Positions 55,790-64,000 of a stretch of 64,000 nucleotides of DNA are shown here, one piece after another (within the stretch, counting starts at the first letter, position 1; every line of letters starts with the position of its first letter). The DNA comes from an uncultured Phycisphaerales bacterium (GTDB lineage: Bacteria; Planctomycetota; Phycisphaerae; Phycisphaerales; SM1A02): contig CALKEP010000004.1 of the NCBI GenBank assembly GCA_938084645.1, positions 48,457 to 112,456 on the forward strand. The letters are read 5' to 3'. The translations under genes and the position numbers were made by a program. Under the pieces are notes generated by a model, which worked only from the letters and a program-made list of their open reading frames with translations, was not told where the DNA came from and did not search any database.

Positions 55790-57250
55790 TCAGTCGATGA
55801 GCCCCTGCTCGCGGGCGAGCGCCCGGAGCGGCGGCCAGACGACCATGTCGCCGGTCATCCCGTCGAGGCTCGATTCCTTGAATCCCGAATCCTCGTGGTC
55901 GTCCCCGCGGGCGTAGACGATGCAGTTGGAGACGTCGATCCGACCGTAGTCGGTCTCGACCGCCTGCTTCCGATTCCCCAGGAAGTCGAAGAGCAGCCTT
56001 CCGTACCCCTTGTCGTAGGGATCGAAATCGAATCGCTTGGGAATGAAGCGGACGTACGCCTTCTCGCGGTCCTCCGGCCACTTGCCGTATTCGACGCGGT
56101 ACCCGCAGAGCCCGCAGCCGAGGATCGTGCCGTTGATCTCCACCGCGAGCTGGTTCCTCGCGTCGAAGAGGGCCCTCATGTCCGCGATCGACTCCGCCAC
56201 GATCGCGTAGCGGACCTCGTTCAGACGCGAGTACTCGCTGGGCAGGGCCTGGATCGGGTCGTAGGGCTTGATCTTCCAGCGTCGCCACCAGTCGTCGTAG
56301 ACGTCGGTGAGCTTCTCCTTCGACGCATCGAGGCTGCCGTGGATCTCCGCGATCCGCTCCCAGCGCTTGCTGGCACCGAAACGGGTGAGCGGGGTGCCTT
56401 CGGACTGGATCACGCCGAACACCTCGGCGAGCCGCTCCGGATCAGGAGCGCCGTTGTCGAGGAAGACCTCGTCGAGCACGGCCTCGAACACCAGTCGATC
56501 GCCCTCGGGCAGTTCGAGTCGCTTCAGACGCTCCGTGTCGGAAACCTTCAGGAACGGAAGTTCCTTGGTGGCGATCCGGCTGTAGACGTCGGCAGGGATC
56601 CGATCGACCGAGGTGTACATCGCATCACGCATCACCGAGAGCGCCTCGGCGAGGAGTCGCATCGCGGTCGACTTCTCCGCGAGCATCTGGCGATCGCAGA
56701 GATGACGCAGGACGCGGGCGTTGGAGACCGCGGCGTCGAAACCGGCGTCGTACTCGCCGGCCTCGATCTGCGTGTAGAGGTTCGCGGCCGCCCAGGTGGC
56801 GAACGCGTCGAAGGCCTGCATGTAGGGGAAGTCGACCTCGACTTCACCGTCCGGCTCGAGCCGGACCACGGCGGCGAGCCCGGCATCCCGGTACCGCGCG
56901 TCCACGGCGTCACTTCCGTAGGGAAGCCCGATGATCACCTTGTCGGCGGCGGTCGCCAGCGCCGCCGCGACCTCCTTGTTGGTGGTCGCCCAGTCGCTGA
57001 CCGCCGCCCAGTCGTCCATGCCGGGATGGATCGTGGTCTGGTTGAACCCGGACCCGATCGCCATCGGCGGATCGGTCATGTCCAGGTAGGCGTCGAAGAG
57101 GCCCTGCCAGGCGGTGCTCTCCGCCCGGGCCTGCTTCCGGATGTTGTCGTTGAGCTGCTTGGTGACGCCGGTATCCGCCGCGGCGAGCGGTTCGGCGAGA
57201 CACAGGCCGGTGACGCCGGCGGCGATGATGGTGAGCAGTCGGATCGACAT
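55790..57250 (-). CDS. Secreted helical hypothetical protein
   Basis: Signal peptide; strong GC3 bias; C-terminal GKWP...DPY...VYARGDD...GDMVVWP. Confidence 0.72.
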   Translation of the reverse strand: MSIRLLTIIAAGVTGLCLAEPLAAADTGVTKQLNDNIRKQARAESTAWQGLFDAYLDMTDPPMAIGSGFNQTTIHPGMDDWAAVSDWATTNKEVAAALATAADKVIIGLPYGSDAVDARYRDAGLAAVVRLEPDGEVEVDFPYMQAFDAFATWAAANLYTQIEAGEYDAGFDAAVSNARVLRHLCDRQMLAEKSTAMRLLAEALSVMRDAMYTSVDRIPADVYSRIATKELPFLKVSDTERLKRLELPEGDRLVFEAVLDEVFLDNGAPDPERLAEVFGVIQSEGTPLTRFGASKRWERIAEIHGSLDASKEKLTDVYDDWWRRWKIKPYDPIQALPSEYSRLNEVRYAIVAESIADMRALFDARNQLAVEINGTILGCGLCGYRVEYGKWPEDREKAYVRFIPKRFDFDPYDKGYGRLLFDFLGNRKQAVETDYGRIDVSNCIVYARGDDHEDSGFKESSLDGMTGDMVVWPPLRALAREQGLID

Positions 57251-57426
57251 GCGGACTCCCGATGGGGACGGACGTGGGGATTCAGGACGGAAGGATCGTG
57301 GCGTCCACCGCGACGAGTCCTCGTAGTGAACTTCGAAATGTAGCAGATGGACCCCCTGTCGATCACCCCGACGAAGCCCCTCGGGCGGCTACACTCCGGA
57401 AATTCGCCGCCCCGGAGGAGCCTCGG

Positions 57427-58788
57427 ATGCCCGCCACGTCTCGACCGACCATGCCAGATCGTCTCAATGTGCTCCTCATCGGAGGCGGTGGCCGCGAACA
57501 CGCCCTCGCGTGGCGAATCTCGCAGTCGCCGAAGCTGGGCCGCCTCTGGGTCGACGCCACGGCGAATGCCGCGTTGCTCGGGATCGGCACCGCCTGCCCC
57601 GAGCCGATCGAGAAGAAGGCGTTGTTCCGACTCAACCGATGGTGCGACAAGGAGGAGATCGGTCTGGTGGTGATCGGGCCGGAGGTCCCCCTCGCCGAGG
57701 GTTGGGCCGATGAACTCGCGAGCGAGACTCGACTGGTCTTCGGTCCCGGCCGCGCCGCGGCCCGACTCGAAGCCGACAAGTCCTGGGCGAAGGACATCAT
57801 GCGGGCCTCCTCGATCCCCACCGCCGAAGGCCGCGCCTTCAAGGAGAAGGGCCCCGCCCTCGCTTATGCCGCCAGCCGGGAGGAAGGCTGCGTGGTCAAG
57901 GCCAGCGGACTCGCCGCCGGCAAGGGCGTCCTCGTCTGCGCCACCCCCGAGGAAGCGGTCGAGGCCGTGGACTCCATCATGGGTGACGCCGAGCGTCACA
58001 CCTCGGGCGCCTTCGGCACCGCCGGCGACACGATCGTGATCGAGGAACTGCTCACCGGGCAGGAGATGAGCGTGCTCGCGCTGGTCGATGGCCGGAACAT
58101 CTGGGTGCTGGATCCCTGCCAGGATCACAAGCAGGTCGGGGAAGGCGATGTGGGCCCGAACACGGGTGGCATGGGCGCGTACTGCCCCACCCCGCTGGCG
58201 ACGCCCGAGATGATGTCTCGGATCGAACGGGACATCCTCGTCCCGACCATCGACGGGCTCCGCCGCGAAGGAATCACCTTTCGAGGCGTGCTGTATGCGG
58301 GCCTGATGCTGACGACCACCGGGCCGAAGGTCCTCGAATACAACTGCCGCTTCGGCGATCCCGAGTGCCAGCCCTTGATGAGCCGGCTGCAGGGCGATCT
58401 GCTCGAGGTGCTCTGGTCGACCGCCGCCGGGCGGTTGGATGACCTTGAAACCGGCCTCGCCTCCGATCCCCGGACGGCATGCTGCGTGGTCATGTGCAGC
58501 GAGGGATACCCGGGGACGATCACCACCGGCCATCCGATCACCGGAATCGAGGAGGCGGAGGCCGAAGCGGGCCCCGGCGAGTCGGTGAGGGTCTTCCAGG
58601 CCGGGACGACGGTCGACGAGCGTGGCCGGACGGTCACCTCGGGTGGACGGGTGCTTGGGGTGACGGCCCTCGCCGGCGACCTGCAGGCCGCCCAGTCCCT
58701 CGCCAACCGGGCCGCGGATCGGATCCAGTTTGCGGGCGCCTTCTTCCGCCGGGACATCGGCGGCCGGGTCATGTCCTCGACGCCCTGA
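57427..58788 (+). CDS. purD: Phosphoribosylamine--glycine ligase
   Basis: IGGGGREHAL, VIGPEVPL, VVKASGLAAGKGV, QDHK, GPNTGGMGAY, EYNCRFGDPE, SGGRVL; GGAGGAG RBS before ATG 57427. Confidence 0.97.
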   Translation: MPATSRPTMPDRLNVLLIGGGGREHALAWRISQSPKLGRLWVDATANAALLGIGTACPEPIEKKALFRLNRWCDKEEIGLVVIGPEVPLAEGWADELASETRLVFGPGRAAARLEADKSWAKDIMRASSIPTAEGRAFKEKGPALAYAASREEGCVVKASGLAAGKGVLVCATPEEAVEAVDSIMGDAERHTSGAFGTAGDTIVIEELLTGQEMSVLALVDGRNIWVLDPCQDHKQVGEGDVGPNTGGMGAYCPTPLATPEMMSRIERDILVPTIDGLRREGITFRGVLYAGLMLTTTGPKVLEYNCRFGDPECQPLMSRLQGDLLEVLWSTAAGRLDDLETGLASDPRTACCVVMCSEGYPGTITTGHPITGIEEAEAEAGPGESVRVFQAGTTVDERGRTVTSGGRVLGVTALAGDLQAAQSLANRAADRIQFAGAFFRRDIGGRVMSSTP

Positions 58789-58882
58789 TCCCGAAAATGA
58801 CCGGATCCGGGAACCGAGCCTCGACCTGATCGATCTCTGAGGGGGGAGTCTGATTCCGGGAGACCCACCCTCACCGTCGACG

Positions 58883-58912
58883 TTGCAGGGTCGTTCCAGC
58901 CCCGGTTACACT
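58883..58912 (+). promoter_or_regulatory. Putative sigma70 promoter of the subtilase gene
   Basis: TTGCAG-N18-TACACT, implying a ~160-nt leader. Confidence 0.55.
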
Positions 58913-59079
58913 ATTCGTTCGGGCTCACCGCGCAGGATGCGCGGGAACCTCCCGTTTCTTCTTCCGTATGTATCCCGAATTCCGATCTGTCCTCCGTATG
59001 GAATACGGACGCCCATCGAACCCGGGACCAAGGCGGCCTGTCCGCCGGCTCGCTCAGAGCTGATTTGGAGATCTGACGC

Positions 59080-62000
59080 ATGATGCTGAGAACGTTCGCC
59101 GCCCTGGGACTCTGCTCCCTCGTCGCCGCCTCGGCCATCGCGACCACGACCGCGCCCGCGGTCGAGGCGCGGAAGACCGACGCCCGCGCAAGCGACGACA
59201 CCCGGAACGTCGGTATCGACACCGGGACGTTCGGCACCTCCCTCCAGCTTCCGCCGCTCATGGGCCGACCAGAAATGAAGCGAACGGTCTCGACCGAGGT
59301 CAGACCTGCGACGGTGGTCCGAAAGAAGCCGACCGATCAGCTCCGCATCCCGACCGTGTCGAGCGGCGCGACCAACGCGACCGGACGCCTGATCATCAAG
59401 TTCAACGACGACCTCAAGGCGCGAGCCTCGATGGCCGCGGGAGCGCGAGCGGTCAGCCTCACCGGCCACGACCTCTCCGCTGCTGAGATGACGGTCGCCC
59501 GCTTCGGCGGCACCATGCGTCAGCTCGTTCCGATGCCCGCGACGAAGCTCCAGCAGATCGAGCAGAAAGCCTTCAACCGCAGCAACCGGATCCAGCCCGA
59601 CCTCGCATCGATGATGCTGGTTGAATTCGACACCCCCCTCGATGGCAAGCAGCTTCTGGCCGCCGCACGCCAGCTCAACGACCTCGACATCATCCAGTGG
59701 GTCGAGATCGAGCAACCGCTCAAGCGAGCCTCCGCAGGCCCGCCCCCGCAGGGCTGCGATCCCGGCAACGCGGTCATCTGCAACCGCCCGAACCCGAACC
59801 CCGGCGCCGGTTGCTGGGATGGCCCCGGCACCGCCGCACCCTTCTTCGGTTTCTGCAACCCCGATCCCGGGAACGCCATGGACGCCGCCGAATACGGCTG
59901 TGCCGACGCGGCCTGTTGCGAGATCGTGAGCGGACTCAACGAGAACTGTGGCGAAGAGGACGGCGCCGAGGGTTGGGACGTCTTCTGTGCCGCCCTCGCG
60001 AACCTCTTCTGCCAGGGCTCCGTCTACGACACCGAGAACCCGAACCTCGCCAGCCCGGATCGATACGACGGCTGTCTCTCGAACTACGACCCGGATGGTG
60101 ATCCGCTCAACCCGGACGTCGCCGTCCTTCCCGAGGACGCGGCGCCCAACATCGTGTTCGCCAACGTCGCGGGCGCCCTGCTGGGCTCCTGCGACGAGGC
60201 TCACCCCGCCCCCGGTTGCAACCAGCCCGCGTGCTGCGCTTCCGTCTGCGTGATCGACCCCACCTGCTGCACCGACGAGTGGGACGAGAACTGCGTCAAC
60301 CTCACCGCGACCGCCCCGAGCTGCGACATCGAGCCGACCCCGGGCATCGAACCCACGCCTGACTTCGCGTCCTACTTCGATCCGGTGACGCGCCGGGCCG
60401 TGGGCTCGCAGGCCTACACGGTCGCGTTCCCCGCCGGGGAAGCCGGTGACGTGCCCGATCCCGCCGACAGCAAGACCTGGTTCCTGGCCAGTGGCTTCCT
60501 GGGTGGCGGACACGACCTCGCCGGCATGGAGCGATTCGTCGGTCAGGTCTGGCGAAACTACGGCAGTGCCGGTTCCGGCTCGAACGCCGGCTCCGCGGTC
60601 CTGCCCGAGCCCGACATGGTCTGGCTCTACGGTGCCCAGTACCAGGTCGTCGAGCAGTCCAAGGTGACGACGGAAGCATGGAATGAAGCAGTCGCGGGTG
60701 GCTTCTCGGTCAATCCCGATCTCACCGTCCCCCCCGGCCCGGACAACCCCTTCCCGAACTTCACGCTCGCCGATCCGAACTTCCCGTGGGATGAAGTCCG
60801 CTTCGTGCCCACCGGCCGGGTCAGCCAGGCGGCGGTCATCGAATTCGCGGCGTATGCCGGCATTCCGTCGGCATCCGGCGATGTGATCTTCACCCACGAG
60901 GATCTTCTCTCCACCCCGCTGCCCGGAACCACGACCGTGTGGGCCTCGACCAACGTCGAACCCGACCAGACCCAGACCCTCATCGATGCCGGCAACGCCA
61001 ACCACGGTACGGCCTGCCTCGGTGTGATCGGCAGTCGCAACAACGGCATCGGCACCCGCGGCATCGCATCCGAATGCGAACTGTGGTTCTTCCCGTCGGT
61101 CAGTGTCGAGGAAGGCGAACGACTCGTCGCATCGATCCTGTCCGCCGCGAACACGCTCGATCAGGGCGGGGTCGTGAACTACTCGATCGGCTTCGGCGAT
61201 CAGCCCATCACCACCGTCGCTCCGGTCTACACCGCCCTCGCGGTGGCGACCGACGCCGGCCTCATCAACGTCTGTGCCGCCGGCAACTCGGCGGTCGCGG
61301 TCGACGAGCCCGCGGGCGCACAGCCCGTGGCGATCGTCGTCGGTGCGTGCGAGCCCGGCTTCGAGAACGGAGACCCCCGTCCCGCGTGCCCGGCGCCCGG
61401 CCCGATCCGACGGTCGAACTTCAGCAACTTCACCGGCGACGGCACCGTGCACGTCATGGCGTGGGGCAGTGCCGGTGCGACCACCGGATACGGCGATCTC
61501 TTCAACGGTGAGACCAGCACCGATCCGAGCGACACCCCGCCGCCCCTGCTGACCAACCGCCTCCGCGCCTATAGCGGTCCGCGGCCCGCCGGCTCGACCG
61601 TTCCGGACCCGAACGGCGGACCGCCGATCGAGATCCTCGGTTTCGGTGGTGGCTTCAGCGGGACCAGTTTCGCTTCGCCGCAGATCGCCGGTGCCATGGT
61701 CTGGATTCAGGGCGTCTCCCAGATGTTCTACGGGACCAGCATCTCGACCGAGCAGATCCTCGGTGGTGCCGCCGGGCCTTCGATCGTCACGGGTGCAGAA
61801 AACTGCTACCAGCTCCCCGACGGCACTGAATTCGGCAACGACAACCCGAATGGTGGTGACTACTTCCCGGAGGAAGAAGGCCACAACATCGGCATCTTCC
61901 CGAATCTCCCCGGCTGTGCCCTGAACGTGCTCACGGTCATCGGAACCAACATCAGCGGTGGCTTCCAGGTCTACCACGGTGACCTGATCAACGGCCGTGC

Positions 62001-62466
62001 GTTCTCCCTCGGAAACAACGACAACAACAAGGTCGTGATCCGCTCCGAATTCGCGGGTCAGGGTTCCGCGGAAGGCGGCCTCGCCTACCTTGCGAACGGC
62101 CAGACCACCGACCTCGGGGTCAACTGGTTCACCGGCTACGAGACCCAGGACGTCGCGACCTGTTCGCTCACCGTCGCATCACAGGCGACCGCCAGCGTGG
62201 TGATCGAACTGGCCTGGGCCTACAACTTCCGGTCCTCGCGATTCCAGACGCTGGGGGCGACGGTCATGACGCCCTTCGAGCAGGTCAACAACTACGACAT
62301 GGGCGCGTTCGTCGTTCCATCCTCGTACTTCTCGGAGCCGGAAGGCGAAGTCTCGGTCCGCATCTACGCGGTCGGGCTCGGCTTCCTCGGGACCTCGAAC
62401 TACAAGACCCTGTACGACGAGGTGTCGCTCAACATCAACGATCCGAACCAGCCGAACGATCCCTGA
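59080..62466 (+). CDS. Large secreted S8 (subtilisin-like) peptidase with Cys-rich repeats
   Basis: Signal peptide, prodomain-like region, HGTACLGVI, AAGNS, GTSFASPQIAG; Asp-motif position reads AAVIEF. Confidence 0.85.
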   Translation: MMLRTFAALGLCSLVAASAIATTTAPAVEARKTDARASDDTRNVGIDTGTFGTSLQLPPLMGRPEMKRTVSTEVRPATVVRKKPTDQLRIPTVSSGATNATGRLIIKFNDDLKARASMAAGARAVSLTGHDLSAAEMTVARFGGTMRQLVPMPATKLQQIEQKAFNRSNRIQPDLASMMLVEFDTPLDGKQLLAAARQLNDLDIIQWVEIEQPLKRASAGPPPQGCDPGNAVICNRPNPNPGAGCWDGPGTAAPFFGFCNPDPGNAMDAAEYGCADAACCEIVSGLNENCGEEDGAEGWDVFCAALANLFCQGSVYDTENPNLASPDRYDGCLSNYDPDGDPLNPDVAVLPEDAAPNIVFANVAGALLGSCDEAHPAPGCNQPACCASVCVIDPTCCTDEWDENCVNLTATAPSCDIEPTPGIEPTPDFASYFDPVTRRAVGSQAYTVAFPAGEAGDVPDPADSKTWFLASGFLGGGHDLAGMERFVGQVWRNYGSAGSGSNAGSAVLPEPDMVWLYGAQYQVVEQSKVTTEAWNEAVAGGFSVNPDLTVPPGPDNPFPNFTLADPNFPWDEVRFVPTGRVSQAAVIEFAAYAGIPSASGDVIFTHEDLLSTPLPGTTTVWASTNVEPDQTQTLIDAGNANHGTACLGVIGSRNNGIGTRGIASECELWFFPSVSVEEGERLVASILSAANTLDQGGVVNYSIGFGDQPITTVAPVYTALAVATDAGLINVCAAGNSAVAVDEPAGAQPVAIVVGACEPGFENGDPRPACPAPGPIRRSNFSNFTGDGTVHVMAWGSAGATTGYGDLFNGETSTDPSDTPPPLLTNRLRAYSGPRPAGSTVPDPNGGPPIEILGFGGGFSGTSFASPQIAGAMVWIQGVSQMFYGTSISTEQILGGAAGPSIVTGAENCYQLPDGTEFGNDNPNGGDYFPEEEGHNIGIFPNLPGCALNVLTVIGTNISGGFQVYHGDLINGRAFSLGNNDNNKVVIRSEFAGQGSAEGGLAYLANGQTTDLGVNWFTGYETQDVATCSLTVASQATASVVIELAWAYNFRSSRFQTLGATVMTPFEQVNNYDMGAFVVPSSYFSEPEGEVSVRIYAVGLGFLGTSNYKTLYDEVSLNINDPNQPNDP

Positions 62467-62501
62467 TCGCTGGGCCCCCGGGATCGCCCGATCAACCATC
62501 C

Positions 62502-62540
62502 AAGCCCCCGTCGACTCCAGAGGTCGACGGGGGCTTTTTC
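62502..62540 (+). terminator. Rho-independent terminator
   Basis: AAGCCCCCGTCGAC-TCCAGAG-GTCGACGGGGGCTT-TTT. Confidence 0.9.
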
Positions 62541-62703
62541 TGCTTCTGCGGCCTCACCTTCAGCCCTCCCCCCGACCCGTGATCCGATGCCGGACCGCCC
62601 CCGCCGCCGACGCTTCACCCGATGATTTCATCGCCCGTCGCCCGGGTCCGAGAATCACCCTCGATCGATCACCCGATTCAATCCACGGCAGGCGATCACG
62701 AAC

Positions 62704-62721
62704 TTTCAATTTGTTCTGAAA
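62704..62721. promoter_or_regulatory. Candidate operator (inverted repeat) upstream of the GbsR-like regulator
   Basis: TTTCA-N8-TGAAA, a striking AT-rich patch in GC-rich DNA. Confidence 0.55.
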
Positions 62722-62797
62722 TCGATGCCCCGACGGCGGGTCGGGAAGCTAATGTTCCTGCAGCATCGAACCCCGGACCGGTTCATCCCCAGACCAC

Positions 62798-63376
62798 ATG
62801 ACCCTCTCATCCACCAACGCCCCCCGGCCTGACGACGACGGCGCCTTCGCGGACGATCCCCTGGATCGCAGCAAGGACGCCTTCATCGCCCACTGGGCGG
62901 ACATGGGCTCCAGTTGGGGTGTGCCCCGCTCCGTGGCCGAAGTGCACGCGCTGCTCTTCATCGAGGGGCGGCCACTTTGCGCCGAGGACATCATGGAACG
63001 GCTCGAGGTGAGCCGTGGCAGCGTCTCGACCACGCTTCGCACCCTTGCTGACTGGGGCATCGTCACCCGCACCCGCCAGCGAGGCGAGCGAAGGGAGTTC
63101 TTCGAAGCGGAGCAGGACGTGTGGAACCTGCTCAGCCTCATCGTCCGCGCCCGGAAGCGGAGGGAACTCGAGCCGCTCCTGGCCGCGCTCGAGGACTCCC
63201 GGTCGCTCGCCGACGCCGACACCCCGGCCGATCCCGCCGCTCTGAAGGCCCACCTCGCACGACTCGACTCGATGCACGACGCGCTTCGACGCCTCGATCG
63301 CCTGAGCGACCGCTTCATCGGTCGCGGCGGCAAGGGCCTCGACGTCGCCGTGCGGCTTCTCTCTTCGCTTCTCTGA
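62798..63376 (+). CDS. GbsR/MarR-family transcriptional regulator
   Basis: FIAHWADMGSSWGVPRSVAEVHALL, SRGSVSTTLRTLADWG, GERREFFEAEQDVW, RKRRELEP. Confidence 0.9.
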   Translation: MTLSSTNAPRPDDDGAFADDPLDRSKDAFIAHWADMGSSWGVPRSVAEVHALLFIEGRPLCAEDIMERLEVSRGSVSTTLRTLADWGIVTRTRQRGERREFFEAEQDVWNLLSLIVRARKRRELEPLLAALEDSRSLADADTPADPAALKAHLARLDSMHDALRRLDRLSDRFIGRGGKGLDVAVRLLSSLL

Positions 63377-63402
63377 CCTCATTCCTCCCAAGGCGCCGAC
63401 GC

Positions 63403-63846
63403 ATGTCGATCCTGCCAGCCCGGACATCCCCCCCCCGACCGCTCGACGACGTCTCGCGGCGGGATGTCACGTCCGCCCCGGCCCTGCCCGAAACGGTGGA
63501 GTTGGCCTGGCGAGCCCTTCAACCGGTCGGGGCGGCCGGGGAGCAACCGGAATACGGCCCCGCGATGATCCGAGCCCGCCTCCACGGCGACGGGATCGAG
63601 GTCGAACTGCACGAGGATCGAGAACGCACCGGGCTTCGAATGATCGCGTGCGAGGTCTCGGCCACGGTCATCCGAGACGGTGAACGAACCATGCGGGTCC
63701 TTCGTTGGGCGACCGATGCGGGCGAGTCACTCGCCAGAATCGCGATCGAGGCCGGACGACCCGCGGTGGTTCGCACCACGCTTCCGACCCGCCTGGGACT
63801 TCCCGGCGGCACCTACGACCTGCTCTCGGTCACCGTCGAGGAATGA
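63403..63846 (+). CDS. Hypothetical protein
   Basis: ORF with GC3 bias 26 nt after the regulator; ends LGLPGGTYD. Confidence 0.6.
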   Translation: MSILPARTSPPRPLDDVSRRDVTSAPALPETVELAWRALQPVGAAGEQPEYGPAMIRARLHGDGIEVELHEDRERTGLRMIACEVSATVIRDGERTMRVLRWATDAGESLARIAIEAGRPAVVRTTLPTRLGLPGGTYDLLSVTVEE

Positions 63847-63888
63847 CGCGCCGGCGTCGACCGCGAGACTGGTTCCCGGAGCGACTCC

Positions 63889-63897
63889 TGCTACAAT
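63889..63897 (+). promoter_or_regulatory. Extended -10 promoter of the tRNA gene
   Basis: TGCTACAAT, 11 nt upstream of the tRNA 5' end. Confidence 0.6.
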
Positions 63898-63908
63898 CCG
63901 CCCGCTCT

Positions 63909-63997
63909 GGACAGGTGGCCGAGCGGCTGAAGGCACCGGTTTGCTAAACCGGCGTACCGCGTCAGCGGTACCGCGGGTTCGAATCCCGCCCTGTCCG
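63909..63997 (+). tRNA. tRNA-Ser(GCT)
   Basis: Acceptor stem GGACAGG/CCTGTCC with G discriminator; anticodon arm CCGGT-TTGCTAA-ACCGG; long variable arm GTACCGC-GTCA-GCGGTAC; T-arm GGTTCGAATCC; CCA not encoded. Confidence 0.98.
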
Positions 63998-64000
63998 TTC

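Noticed and set aside
43501..62540. Shared AGCCCCCG...CGGGGGCT arms in the hairpins at 43501 and 62502 as a REP or MITE family
   Set aside because: Only two copies with different inner stems, each directly after a stop codon and followed by a T-run; ordinary terminators explain them.
63909..64000. tRNA-Ser as an island integration site
   Set aside because: No integrase and no duplicate of the tRNA 3' end seen in the window; sequence beyond 64000 is not visible.

Overview
High-GC (roughly 70% by eye) bacterial chromosome segment. RpoB, PheT and accessory-protein signatures suggest Planctomycetota, probably class Phycisphaerae (inference from recognition, no database search). It is mostly core and housekeeping DNA: rpmI-rplT-rpoB-rpoC, pheT, aspS, purD, trxB, lpxB, trpF, citrate synthase, hpnH, phoX, an HscA-like Hsp70 and tRNA-Ser(GCT). 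It also carries a speA/speB/deoxyhypusine-synthase-like polyamine cluster, three cation-coupled amino acid transporters, two ECF sigma factors and several secreted proteins. I saw no transposase, integrase, prophage, CRISPR array or defence system. Most notable observations: (1) a TAnnnT hexamer sits 6-7 nt upstream of at least ten ATGs, suggesting widespread leaderless mRNAs; (2) RpoB has a ~15-aa insertion in a normally short N-terminal turn, and rpoBC follows rpmI-rplT; (3) an ECF sigma ORF runs ~200 nt into a second-frame small gene; (4) a ZnuA-like lipoprotein lacks its canonical His ligands; (5) a large Cys-rich subtilase has Glu where the catalytic Asp is expected; (6) two adjacent secondary transporters carry large extramembrane insertions. 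None is proven to be a new system. Start codons were refined by eye.
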